Assembly: GCA_016214555.1 (NCBI GenBank)
Contig: JACROF010000004.1
Coordinates: 276 to 64,275, forward strand
Direction: 5' to 3'
Source of the DNA: Candidatus Levyibacteriota bacterium
GTDB lineage: Bacteria > Patescibacteriota > Microgenomatia > Levybacterales > UBA12049
Length of the DNA: 64,000 nt
Positions 49,213 to 59,453 of the stretch are shown here, in pieces (position 1 is the stretch's first letter; every line of letters begins with the position of its first letter). The notes below the pieces were generated by a model. The model worked only from the letters and a program-made list of their open reading frames with translations. It was not told where the DNA came from and ran no database searches. Made by a program: the position numbers and the translations under genes.

Positions 49213-49548
49213 ATGTCACACCTCCTCGATGGAAATGAGAAGTTCACAAGCGCAGTTTTAATTACATGTAATAAAGGCGCAGTTCGTGCAAATCATTGGC
49301 ATAAAAAAGATACCCATTATTCATACATGATTGAAGGTAGCATGGAATATACTTATCGCCAGGTAGACGAAGACGATTCTAAAAAGAAAACACTTTTAGT
49401 CAAAAAGGGAGACATAGTTTGCACACCTCCAAAAACAGTTCATGCAATGAGGTTTTTGGAGAAGTCTGTATTTATTGCATTAACGACCGAGGAGCGAGAT
49501 CAATCCCAGTATGAAAAAGATACGGTAAGGATAAGGCTGATTGAATGA
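49213..49548 (+). CDS. Small cupin, FdtA/WxcM-like sugar ketoisomerase-type
   Basis: RANHWHKKDTHYSYMIEGSMEY cupin His cluster. AGGGGAG SD upstream of the ATG at 49213. The longer ORF from 49012 overlaps the GT4 out of frame. Confidence 0.45.
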   Translation: MSHLLDGNEKFTSAVLITCNKGAVRANHWHKKDTHYSYMIEGSMEYTYRQVDEDDSKKKTLLVKKGDIVCTPPKTVHAMRFLEKSVFIALTTEERDQSQYEKDTVRIRLIE

Positions 49549-50792
49549 AGAGTTCGGCTATCTTTTTATTAAAGTATTGTAGAGTTTGTAAAGAAAAAAA
49601 TGTTGAGAAAGTAGCTTCATTTGGTCCAACCCCACTTGCTAATGCCTTTTTAAAATCTTCAGAGGTTGATTTACCAGAATGTTATTATCCATTAGATTTA
49701 TATTTTTGTAATTCTTGTGGTTTTTTACAGCTTGGGCACGTTGTCAATCCCTCTCTTCTTTTTAAAAATTATGTTTATGCTTCATCAACCTCACAGGTTT
49801 TTATTAAGCATTTTCAAGACTTTGCTTCAAAAATTGTTGGAGAATTTTCTTTGAACAAAGATTCATTAGCGGTCGATATTGGGAGTAATGATGGAATACT
49901 TCTTAAACCGTTTAAAAATCTTGGAATAAAAATATTAGGAGTGGACCCAGCTGAAGAAATCAGTAAAAAAGCAAATAGGGAAGGTATCCCAACTCTTATT
50001 GAGTTTTTTGATTCAAAAATTGCGAAAAAAATAAAAAAAACATATGGTAGTGCAGATATAATAACTGCTACAAATGCCTTTGCACATATTCATGACCTTG
50101 ATGAGATTATTAAGGGACTAAAAATATTACTTAAAGATCAAGGTGTGTTTATTATTGAAGCTCCCTACATTATAGACTTTCTTAAAAATAAGTATTTTGA
50201 CCTAGTCTATCACGAACATTTATCATACTGGTCTGTCCGTTCACTTATTACTTTATTTCATAGATTCGACATGAAGGTTTTCGATGTTGAAAAAGTTGGA
50301 GTTCACGGGGGGTCATTGAGAGTATTTGTAGCATTAAATAGTAGTGATTACAAGATTAAAAAAAATGTAAGAAGTTTCTTGAAACAGGAAAAATTAGCAC
50401 GAGTTGATAAAAAAGAGACATACGTTATTTTTGGTTCGACAATTCAGAAGAGCAAATTAGCGCTTATTAAGCTACTTGCAAAAATAAAGTCTAAAAACAA
50501 GATTATTGCTGGATATGGAGCACCAGCGAAAGGGAATACTCTGCTTAATTTTTTTGGTATTGGAAATGAAACAATTGATTATATTGTGGACGATAGCCCA
50601 CTAAAACAGGGGCTTTTCTCACCTGGTAAAAAAATTCCAATTGTTTCACCAGAGTATGTTAGGCTACATAAACCTGATTACCTTTTTATCTTAGCATGGA
50701 ATTTTGCTGATTCAATTATTGAGAGGTATGGTGATTTTAGAAAAAAAGGCGGAAAATTTATCATTCCTTTCCCTACCCCAAAAATTGTTTAA
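49545..50792 (+). CDS. SAM methyltransferase with N-terminal Zn ribbon, TylCIII-like C-methyltransferase architecture
   Basis: CRVCKEK...CNSC ribbon and VDIGSNDGILL motif I. Paralog of the gene at 42390-43619. Confidence 0.65.
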   Translation: MKSSAIFLLKYCRVCKEKNVEKVASFGPTPLANAFLKSSEVDLPECYYPLDLYFCNSCGFLQLGHVVNPSLLFKNYVYASSTSQVFIKHFQDFASKIVGEFSLNKDSLAVDIGSNDGILLKPFKNLGIKILGVDPAEEISKKANREGIPTLIEFFDSKIAKKIKKTYGSADIITATNAFAHIHDLDEIIKGLKILLKDQGVFIIEAPYIIDFLKNKYFDLVYHEHLSYWSVRSLITLFHRFDMKVFDVEKVGVHGGSLRVFVALNSSDYKIKKNVRSFLKQEKLARVDKKETYVIFGSTIQKSKLALIKLLAKIKSKNKIIAGYGAPAKGNTLLNFFGIGNETIDYIVDDSPLKQGLFSPGKKIPIVSPEYVRLHKPDYLFILAWNFADSIIERYGDFRKKGGKFIIPFPTPKIV

Positions 50793-50832
50793 CAGCTACA
50801 TGGGCTACACATGTGTATAATTTGATATAGAT

Positions 50833-51777
50833 ATGATACATCTTGCAATAATTGGTGCTGGCCGTTTTGGATCGCGATATTTGGAGACAATAGAGCAGAT
50901 GCATGGAGTAATAGTAAAGTATGTCTGTGTAACAACTCCTGGAAAACATAAAGACCTTAATAAGCGATACGTAGTTTTAGATGATTACAAAAAACTTTTT
51001 GCCTATAAGGATGTGGATGGGGTAATTATTGCTACTCCAGCGTCTACACACGCACAAATTGCCTTTGACTTTATTGAAAAAAAATGGCCTATACTCATTG
51101 AAAAACCGATGACGACGTCTCTTTCAGATGCTTTGCATTTATATACCTGTTGGAAAAAGAGAAAAGGGATTGTTTTTGTAGGACATATCCATTTGTACAA
51201 TCCTGCATTTATTGCGATGTCAAACTTGCTTAGTAAAATAGGAGATGTAGAAAGAATTGATGGTGTTGCAGGAAATTGGGGGCCGATTAGAGTAGATACG
51301 ACTCTTCTTTGGGATTGGGCAATTCATGAGATCTCAATGGTCAATTATTTACTAAACAAAACCCCAATTACCGTACAAGCTTTTGTTGACAATTTGCCTG
51401 CATATAATTACGTAACTATTAAAATGAAGTATAAAGGCAAATTAACAACAGTTATCACAAATAGTTGGAGTTTTTCTGAGAAAGTAAGAAAGATGACAAT
51501 CGTAGGAAAGAAAGGGATTGTTAGTTTTGATGATATTTCTGACAAAAAGTTAATTTTTCATGAAAGATCAGGAACTACTTTAAAAAAAACCACATACCCT
51601 ACTTACTTAGATAAGAAGCCGTTACAGAATGAACTAGAGAATTTTATTACCTGTATTAAAAAAAATATTCAACCAACATCAAATATTGCATTTGCATTAA
51701 ACACTATTAAAGTTTTAGATGCAGCTGAGAGATCCTTGCTTGAAGAGGGAAAAGTAGTAAAAATTTCTCATGTATAA
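50833..51777 (+). CDS. Gfo/Idh/MocA-family NAD(P)-dependent oxidoreductase
   Basis: LAIIGAGRFGSRYLE Rossmann fold and EKPMTTS. Confidence 0.75.
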   Translation: MIHLAIIGAGRFGSRYLETIEQMHGVIVKYVCVTTPGKHKDLNKRYVVLDDYKKLFAYKDVDGVIIATPASTHAQIAFDFIEKKWPILIEKPMTTSLSDALHLYTCWKKRKGIVFVGHIHLYNPAFIAMSNLLSKIGDVERIDGVAGNWGPIRVDTTLLWDWAIHEISMVNYLLNKTPITVQAFVDNLPAYNYVTIKMKYKGKLTTVITNSWSFSEKVRKMTIVGKKGIVSFDDISDKKLIFHERSGTTLKKTTYPTYLDKKPLQNELENFITCIKKNIQPTSNIAFALNTIKVLDAAERSLLEEGKVVKISHV

Positions 51778-51797
51778 TAAATTCATGCTCAGAAAAT

Positions 51798-53039
51798 ATG
51801 AGTTATCTTAAAAAAACTGTTATTGGGGTTTCTTGGGTAAGTGGTTTTCGAGTCTCGAGTAGAGTAATTACATTTTTTAGAATTATTGTTTTAGCAAGGA
51901 TTCTTTCACCTTCTCAATTTGGATTGTTTGGTATAGCGACGCTTGTTCTTGCATTTTTAGAGATTTTGACAGAAACAGGAATAAATGTTTTTCTGGTTCA
52001 GCAGGATGATGAAATTGATCACTACATAGATAATGCATGGTTAATTTCTATATTGCGTGGAACCGTCATTTTTTTTGCAATCCTTTTATTGTCTCCGCTT
52101 ATTGCAATGTTTTTTAACAGCCCCCACGTTGTATCGCTTTTACAACTTATTAGCCTTGTTCCTCTTATAAGAGGTTTTATTAATCCGTCTATTGTAAAAT
52201 ATCAAAAAAATTTTCATTTCCAAAAAGAGTTTTACTATCGTTTAGTCATATTTTTGTTTGATTCATTTGTGGCAGTCACCTTGGCTGTTCTAACAAAAGA
52301 CGCTTCGAGTTTTGTTTGGGGATTGGTCGCTGGAGCTATCTTGGAGGTTTTTTTGTCTTTTATTTTTTTACACCCTAGGCCGCATTTTACAACCAACTTT
52401 ACTCATGTCAAAAGAATTATCCATTCAGGAAAATGGGTTACATTGTTTGGGGTGTTTAATTTTATTGCTCAAAAAGGTGACAACATCATGGTAGGAAGAA
52501 TAATGGGAACGACAAGCTTGGGAATCTATGAAATGGGATATAACCTGTCAACTTTGCCAATTAGTGAAGTCTCCGATGTTGTGAACAAGGTCGTTTTTCC
52601 TATATATGTAAAAATCAGAAACGACTATCAAAGGTTGAGAATCGCATTTTTTAAAATTATGCTTATAGTCTCATCTGTTGTTATTTTATTTAGTACAACA
52701 ATTTTTTTGCTTCCAAAAGAAGTAATAATCTTGTTTCTGGGAGAAAAATGGTTGGATGTATTTCCTATTTTAAAAATTTTAGCAATATACGGTTTGTTAA
52801 GGGGAATTCTTGGTACAACTGCCTCATTATTTTTATCATTAAAAAAACAACGCTATGTTGCAATTATGACATTTGTTCGTGTAATAACGTTAATGGTGTT
52901 AGTTTATCCATTCACAATGCAGTGGGGTCTGCATGGAACGAGCATGTCTGCATTGCTGTCTGTAGTAGCAGAAGTACCAATTGCGCTGTATTACATTGAC
53001 AAAATCTTTCTAAAAACAAATAGACATGAAAAAAAATAA
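51798..53039 (+). CDS. wzx: Wzx-type oligosaccharide flippase (MOP superfamily)
   Basis: 12 TM helices with a polysaccharide-biosynthesis-protein N-terminal pattern (RIIVLARILSPSQFGLFG). Confidence 0.65.
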   Translation: MSYLKKTVIGVSWVSGFRVSSRVITFFRIIVLARILSPSQFGLFGIATLVLAFLEILTETGINVFLVQQDDEIDHYIDNAWLISILRGTVIFFAILLLSPLIAMFFNSPHVVSLLQLISLVPLIRGFINPSIVKYQKNFHFQKEFYYRLVIFLFDSFVAVTLAVLTKDASSFVWGLVAGAILEVFLSFIFLHPRPHFTTNFTHVKRIIHSGKWVTLFGVFNFIAQKGDNIMVGRIMGTTSLGIYEMGYNLSTLPISEVSDVVNKVVFPIYVKIRNDYQRLRIAFFKIMLIVSSVVILFSTTIFLLPKEVIILFLGEKWLDVFPILKILAIYGLLRGILGTTASLFLSLKKQRYVAIMTFVRVITLMVLVYPFTMQWGLHGTSMSALLSVVAEVPIALYYIDKIFLKTNRHEKK

Positions 53040-55227
53040 TATTACAGTATCAATCATTATTGTTAACTATAGAGTTGAGGATAAGCTTAGAGACTGCATA
53101 AAGTCAATAATAAAATGTACCAAAAGTATATCCTATGAAATTATTGTAGTAGACAACGATGAAGAGCAGCGATTGTCCATATCATTCAAAAATGACTTTC
53201 CATTCGTTAAGATCATTAACAACATAAATACAGGTTTTGGTGCAGGAAACAATCTTGGATCAAAATACGCTCATGGGAAATATCTTTTTTTTCTCAATCC
53301 AGACACAAGGTTTTTGAGTAACGCGGTTAAGAATCTATATGACTATCTTGATAAAAATGAAGAAGTCGGTCTTGTTGCACCGCAATTATTTCATCCAGGT
53401 AACAAAATATTTAAACTACAAGGGATGACTGTATTAACACCGCTAAAAGCAATCTTTTCGTTGTCTTTTCTTTATAGACTTTTCCCAAATAATAGAATAG
53501 CAAATAATTACTTTCTTTCTCATTGGAACAAGAAGAAAGTTAAATTTGTTGATGTTGTTCCTGGTACAGCATTTATGATCAGGAAAGAGCTGTTTTATAG
53601 AGTTGGAAAATTCGACGAAACCTTTTTCTTGTATTTTGAAGAGTTTGATTTATGCAAAAGATTGAAGGAGTTAGGTTACAAAGCGTGTATTATTCCACAG
53701 GCAAAAATCATTCATTACTGGGGAGAGAGTACAGCGCACAGAAAAGATATTTCTCGTATTTTTAGTAAGAGCAGATTTTTTTATTTTAAAAAGCACTACG
53801 GCTTTTTAATGGCGCTTCTTGTTGAGAGTTTTTTACGAGTAAATAAAGCATCTTTAGTACTCCTTGCTGCTTTGTCTATTAGCTTATTATTAATGTTGTA
53901 TAGGATTGATTCGCTTATGGTTTTTATAGGTGACCAGGCTTGGTTTTATTTATCAGCGAGAGATCTTTTGATTCAACATACTGTCCCTCTTGTTGGGATC
54001 GCCTCAAGCCACCCATGGCTTCATCAAGGCGCATACTGGACATATGTATTGGCATTTTCATTTTTCGTCGGAGGTTATGATCCACTTGTGGGTGCATATG
54101 CTTCAATGTTGTTTACTTTGGCCACAGGAGTGTTGCTTTATATAGTTACTAAAAAAATGTTTTATCAAAGAATAGCTCTTTTTACAGTGGTAATGTACTT
54201 ATTTTCTCCATTGATACTTTTTTATGCACGAATGCCTTATCACACGGTGCCAATTCCATTATTTATAGTATGTATGATATACACAGTTTATCAGTGGGTA
54301 AATAATAATTCTAAGAAATCGTTTTATGCATCATTTCTATTTTTGGGAGTTTTATATAATTTTGAGTTAGTAACAGTATTCTTATTTGGACTGCTCTTGT
54401 TGATTTTCATTTTCGGACTCGTAGCGAAAAAAGAATTTACAACGATTCTTTCTAAGAAGGATTTTGCTATTGCATTTACTTTTTTTATTATCCCACTTAT
54501 TCCTATTATTATTTATGATTTAACTCATGGTTTTAAACAAACAATCATTTTTGGTGGGTGGATTGTTTACCATCTCGGCAGAAGTGTTTTTGCAATTTTT
54601 AGCTCAAGTACCTCAATAGATGGATATAGTGAAATAATTGTATTTCTTGCAAGCAGCATAAGGAGATTAATTTTTCTTCCTAATTTGCTTACTTCGTTGA
54701 TTATTCTTCTTTCATCACTTCTATGTATCATCAAGAACATATTTGCAAAAAGAGGAAATGAATATAAAAATGCAGAATTTGTCATTCTTGGTTTTTTTCT
54801 GTTGCCACTTTTTATTATTTTATTCAACAAAGTTCCATCTGATGCCTATCTTCCGGTAGTATTTCCCAGTGTTTTCATAATGGTTGGATATTTATTAAAT
54901 ACTCTATTTCAATATGCTCAAAAACCTACAATTATATGCTTCATCGCAATTCTTAGTTTAAATGCTTTAACGCTTGTTTTTACTGATTATGGAGTTGATC
55001 TATCCTACGAGGAAAAGAAAAATACAGTTCAGCAAATGATGAAAGACGCTAAAAGTGAACAATTTTCAATAAAAGGAGTTGGTCAAGGTAGTGAATTTGA
55101 TAGTTTTATTATGCCGTATGAATATATCTTATGGTATTATGGCCATTCTTCGGTGAAAAATTCTCACCTTGTTTTTGAGGTTCAAGAATTCAAAAATAAC
55201 GTTATAATAAAGAAGTCTTATGATTAG
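53026..55227 (+). CDS. GT2 (WbbL/rhamnosyltransferase-like) fused to a large polytopic membrane domain
   Basis: VSIIIVNYR...VVDNDEEQ...GFGAGNNLG...FLNPDTRF is followed by about 450 aa with 10 or more TM helices. Confidence 0.6.
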   Translation: MKKNNITVSIIIVNYRVEDKLRDCIKSIIKCTKSISYEIIVVDNDEEQRLSISFKNDFPFVKIINNINTGFGAGNNLGSKYAHGKYLFFLNPDTRFLSNAVKNLYDYLDKNEEVGLVAPQLFHPGNKIFKLQGMTVLTPLKAIFSLSFLYRLFPNNRIANNYFLSHWNKKKVKFVDVVPGTAFMIRKELFYRVGKFDETFFLYFEEFDLCKRLKELGYKACIIPQAKIIHYWGESTAHRKDISRIFSKSRFFYFKKHYGFLMALLVESFLRVNKASLVLLAALSISLLLMLYRIDSLMVFIGDQAWFYLSARDLLIQHTVPLVGIASSHPWLHQGAYWTYVLAFSFFVGGYDPLVGAYASMLFTLATGVLLYIVTKKMFYQRIALFTVVMYLFSPLILFYARMPYHTVPIPLFIVCMIYTVYQWVNNNSKKSFYASFLFLGVLYNFELVTVFLFGLLLLIFIFGLVAKKEFTTILSKKDFAIAFTFFIIPLIPIIIYDLTHGFKQTIIFGGWIVYHLGRSVFAIFSSSTSIDGYSEIIVFLASSIRRLIFLPNLLTSLIILLSSLLCIIKNIFAKRGNEYKNAEFVILGFFLLPLFIILFNKVPSDAYLPVVFPSVFIMVGYLLNTLFQYAQKPTIICFIAILSLNALTLVFTDYGVDLSYEEKKNTVQQMMKDAKSEQFSIKGVGQGSEFDSFIMPYEYILWYYGHSSVKNSHLVFEVQEFKNNVIIKKSYD

Positions 55228-55987
55228 TGCTATTGTTCTTGTTAAGAATCAATCACACCAGTTAGAAAAATGTCTTAATTCTCTTTTATGGTGTGATGAA
55301 ATTATTGTCATTGATGATAATTCAGTTGATGATTCTATCGAAGTTGCAAAAGTTCAAGGTGCAAGAATCTTTACAAGAAGTTTGAATAACAATTTTTCAT
55401 CCCAAAGACAATTTGGACTCTCAAAGGCAAAGAATGAGTGGGTTTTGTATGTTGATGCTGATGAGATAGTTACACCAGAGTTAGCAAACGAAATTTATCA
55501 GCAAATCACACAATTTTTGAGTCCGGTAAACGGTTATTTCATAAAAAGAAAAGATGTTTTATGGGGGAAAACAATTAAATTTGGAGATGCTGGAAGAACA
55601 AAACTCTTAAGATTAGCTAGAAAAAATAAAGCAACCTGGTCAGGAGATGTGCATGAAAAATGGACTGTTCTTGGTGAAACAGGAACATTTAAAAGTACTT
55701 TAATTCATTATCCGCATCAGTCAGTAAGAGAGTTTTTAAGTGAAATTGACTATTATTCAACAATCAGAGCAAAAGAGTTAAAAAATAAAAATGTAAAATC
55801 TGATATTATTCGTTGTCTTTTTTATCCATTAGGAAAGTTTTTATATCTTTATTTTTATAAGTTGGGATTCTTAGATGGCGTTGCTGGTATTATCTCAGCA
55901 ATTATGATGAGCTTTTATACATTTTTGGTTGCTGGAAAACTCTGGATGCTATATCAAGAAAAGAAAACGTATGATTTTGGATATTGA
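55220..55987 (+). CDS. GT2 glycosyltransferase
   Basis: AIVLVKNQ...VIDDNSVDDS...VDADEIV. Confidence 0.75.
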   Translation: MISAIVLVKNQSHQLEKCLNSLLWCDEIIVIDDNSVDDSIEVAKVQGARIFTRSLNNNFSSQRQFGLSKAKNEWVLYVDADEIVTPELANEIYQQITQFLSPVNGYFIKRKDVLWGKTIKFGDAGRTKLLRLARKNKATWSGDVHEKWTVLGETGTFKSTLIHYPHQSVREFLSEIDYYSTIRAKELKNKNVKSDIIRCLFYPLGKFLYLYFYKLGFLDGVAGIISAIMMSFYTFLVAGKLWMLYQEKKTYDFGY

Positions 55988-56094
55988 CCTCTTTTGTTGC
56001 TTCATATGAGAAATTATAGAAGTGTTATTTTTGTAATCTGGTGTATTTTATTGCTGGTTTTGTATATTTATTTTTTATTTTGTAAAAATGGGAT

Positions 56095-57858
56095 ATGTTT
56101 AAGAATATAAAGCAACGTTTACTTATCACCTATTTTCTTGTTTGTGCATTTTTTCTGCTTACTTCATTGTTTATAACAAATCCACTTATCTTTCACTTAT
56201 CAACAAAAGCAACAGGTGTAGGTGATGAGCTTTTGTTATCATGGATTCAGACTTGGGTGTCTCATATCGTTTTTTCTGACCCACTAAAATTATTTGATGC
56301 ACCGTCTTTTTTTCCTTTTCATAACTCCCTTGCATACTCCGATTCTTTAATATCCTCAAGTATTATATTTTATCCATTTTATGTAATTTTTCACCAACCA
56401 ATTGTTTTTCAAAATGCTACACTCATTACATCACTATGGCTTTTAGGTTTTTCATCATACTTACTTTGCTTCTATCTCTTTAGAAGGCATATTCCAGCTA
56501 TTATTTCAGGTCTCATGGTTGTTTTCTCACCAGTTGTTCTTGATAAGTATGTTCATCTTCAAGTGCTTTTTGTTTTTTTTGTGCCACTAGCCTTTTTGTC
56601 GTTTATGCACTATTTAAAATCTCAAAAGAAAACCTATCTTATTTTAGCAATGTTATGTTTTATATTGCAGACTCTTAATAGCTTTCTTCCAGGCTACTTT
56701 ATTATATTTGGGTTCGTTGGGATTCTCTTAGCATTTGCTATCTTCGAAAAAAAGAAATTAGATAAAAAATACTTTATAAAAATATTTTTTGCACTAGTAA
56801 TAAGTATTGCAATCTTGATTCCATTTATTCTGCCATACTATAAAGTTTCATCAGACTTTGCCTATACGCGAGACATAAGGGATTCTATTCATTTTGCCTT
56901 ACAGCCTGAAGATTTGTATTATGCAAATTCATTTACCAGACTTTCACCAATGCTTGAATTTATTAATGTTAAAAGTAATTTTTCACAAAATCCGTCTTTT
57001 AAAAACGGTTATCCTGGATTGCTATTACTTATTGGATCAATATTGTCGATTTTCTATATAGTTAAAAATTGGAAAAAAGAAAGGTATGAAGTGAAGTCAT
57101 TATTTATCATTGGGATAGGTGGATTGATCCTGAGCCTAGGGCCTTTTCTTCATATTGGTAGACAAACAATTCATCACCCATTTCCTGTGCCACTCCCTTA
57201 TTTGCTACTTTATTACTTAGTTCCAGGATTTAATGGGTTAAGAAATTCAGCAAGATGGGAGGTCCTCTTTGTTTTGTGCATGTCGATTTTAGCTGGGTAT
57301 TATATTGGAATTTTTTTTTCAAAATATAAAGGCGTTCATAAACACATACTAGCTATTCTTTTTGTCTCAATAATTTTTGTTGAGTATAAACCGTCATTTC
57401 ATCTGGTAGATATTTTACCAAGGGAGAAATTCCCACAGGAGTATCATTGGCTCAGCAAGCAATCTCAAAATGCTGTAGTTGTTGAAATGCCAGTCTACAA
57501 CTGGAACACATTCCCTTACGCTACAAGAGAACTTCAGAGACAATATTATTCAACAGCACATTTTCTCAGAACTGTTAATGGAGCGAGTGGTTTTTCTCCG
57601 CCTCCATGGCAATTGTTATCAGTCAAGCTCTTAAAAGAATTTCCATCTAGTAAATCGATTGACACATTGAAAAATCTTGGAGTAAATTTTATTATCGTGC
57701 ACTTTGATGAATATGATTTGTTGCATCATGATAATTATAAAGTAGAAGGACTTATCAAAGCTCCCTCATCTGCAGAGATTAAGAAAATTATTTCAACAAA
57801 TGCCACATTAAGAGAAGTTGTAAAATTTGATAACACAGTAATATATGTAATTAAGTAA
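56095..57858 (+). CDS. Polytopic membrane protein, GT-C-like
   Basis: GVGDELLLSWIQTW (DE motif) in the first loop. Confidence 0.4.
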   Translation: MFKNIKQRLLITYFLVCAFFLLTSLFITNPLIFHLSTKATGVGDELLLSWIQTWVSHIVFSDPLKLFDAPSFFPFHNSLAYSDSLISSSIIFYPFYVIFHQPIVFQNATLITSLWLLGFSSYLLCFYLFRRHIPAIISGLMVVFSPVVLDKYVHLQVLFVFFVPLAFLSFMHYLKSQKKTYLILAMLCFILQTLNSFLPGYFIIFGFVGILLAFAIFEKKKLDKKYFIKIFFALVISIAILIPFILPYYKVSSDFAYTRDIRDSIHFALQPEDLYYANSFTRLSPMLEFINVKSNFSQNPSFKNGYPGLLLLIGSILSIFYIVKNWKKERYEVKSLFIIGIGGLILSLGPFLHIGRQTIHHPFPVPLPYLLLYYLVPGFNGLRNSARWEVLFVLCMSILAGYYIGIFFSKYKGVHKHILAILFVSIIFVEYKPSFHLVDILPREKFPQEYHWLSKQSQNAVVVEMPVYNWNTFPYATRELQRQYYSTAHFLRTVNGASGFSPPPWQLLSVKLLKEFPSSKSIDTLKNLGVNFIIVHFDEYDLLHHDNYKVEGLIKAPSSAEIKKIISTNATLREVVKFDNTVIYVIK

Positions 57859-57860
57859 AT

Positions 57861-59453
57861 ATGTTCGGAATTGCTTTTCTATTGGGATTATTTGGTAACG
57901 TTATTTTTGCTTTTGGTATTCTTCAAGAATATGAATTTTTGAGCTTACTTGCGATTACTTGTATATTTGGTTTTCTTAGTATTATTTTTTGGGATAAATT
58001 TGAAAAAAAAATATCGATAAAAAATATCGCAAAAAATATTAAGGAGATATTATTTGAATATCCATATATTTTTTGCTTTATCATAGCAAGCTTAGGTCTT
58101 ATGTTGGTGGGTGCTCTTGGACCAGAACTCGCCTTTGACTCGCTATGGTATCATCTGACGATCCCAAAAATTTATTTAGAAAACGGAGGAATATCATATA
58201 TTCCAGGGGGTCTTTTGTATTATTCAACGATGCCAAAACTTGGTGAAATGTTGTACATACCGGCATTAGCATTAAGTGGCGAAGTTTTGGTGAAAATAGT
58301 CCATATGACTTTTGCATTGCTAACTGCAATTGCAACATATCAGCTTAGTAGAAAATTCGCCTCAGTATTTTATTCATTAATTTCAGTAGTAATTCTTTTT
58401 ACGAACATTGTTTTTTTGTGGGAAGGTACAACTGCATATATTGATTTGATTAGAACGTTTTTTGAAGTAATGGCTCTCTTCGGATTGATCGAATATTTTA
58501 ATACAAAAAAAAGTAAATGGTTAATCGAATCAGCATTCCTTATGGGGCTTTCAATAGAGACAAAGCTTATATCGTTAGCAACATTTTTAGTACTCATTAT
58601 CTTAATTGCAGTTTTTGATAGGAGAGGCATAAATACCTTCAAAAAAATTATTATGTACGGTGTAATTTCTTTGTTTGTTCCTTTAGGGTGGTTTGTGTTT
58701 TCCTTTTTAAGTACAAGTAATCCCTTTTACCCTCTTTTTTCTGTGTATAATATTCATTTTGAAAAAGATGTTTTGGTATTCCCTTCGATCTTTTTTGATA
58801 TTTTTACTATTTTTATTTCGTCATCAGATCCAATCTCGCCCTTTTACCTTATAATCGCGCCAATTTATTTTATGATAAGAAATAAGATTCCATCTAAGAC
58901 AAATGTTATTTTCTTATTTTGTATATTGGCACTTTTGGTTTGGACTATTACACCCAAAACTGGAGGAGGAAGATTTTTGCTTCCATATCTCCCTGCATTT
59001 TCGATAGCATCAGCAGTTATTCTTGAGACAATTAAAAAATATAAAAATTATTATCGAGTATTAATCATTGTTCTCATATTCGTTTGTGTTGTAGCCTTGT
59101 TGTATAGGGGATTAGCTGTCAGCAAATATATGCCAGCTATTTTTGGTAAGGAATCAAAAGAATCATTTCTTATGAGTCATCTCAATTTCAAATTTGGTGA
59201 CTTTTATGATGAGGATCATAGTATTAAAAAAATTGTCGGAGATAAAAATGTCTTGCTATATGGATTTCATAATTTGTATTATGTGGATTTTCCATTTATT
59301 GATTCATCATGGGTAAAAAAAGGTGACACATTTGAATTTATTGCGACCCAAAATACGTCGTTGCCAAAAAGATTTCAGTACTGGAATGTAATTTACTCAA
59401 ATGACACAACCGGTGTTAAGCTTTATACTACAAACACAAGATGGATATATTAA
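57861..59453 (+). CDS. Polytopic membrane protein, GT-C (PMT/ArnT-like)
   Basis: Hydropathy, with AFDSLWYHLTIPK in the first loop. Confidence 0.4.
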   Translation: MFGIAFLLGLFGNVIFAFGILQEYEFLSLLAITCIFGFLSIIFWDKFEKKISIKNIAKNIKEILFEYPYIFCFIIASLGLMLVGALGPELAFDSLWYHLTIPKIYLENGGISYIPGGLLYYSTMPKLGEMLYIPALALSGEVLVKIVHMTFALLTAIATYQLSRKFASVFYSLISVVILFTNIVFLWEGTTAYIDLIRTFFEVMALFGLIEYFNTKKSKWLIESAFLMGLSIETKLISLATFLVLIILIAVFDRRGINTFKKIIMYGVISLFVPLGWFVFSFLSTSNPFYPLFSVYNIHFEKDVLVFPSIFFDIFTIFISSSDPISPFYLIIAPIYFMIRNKIPSKTNVIFLFCILALLVWTITPKTGGGRFLLPYLPAFSIASAVILETIKKYKNYYRVLIIVLIFVCVVALLYRGLAVSKYMPAIFGKESKESFLMSHLNFKFGDFYDEDHSIKKIVGDKNVLLYGFHNLYYVDFPFIDSSWVKKGDTFEFIATQNTSLPKRFQYWNVIYSNDTTGVKLYTTNTRWIY

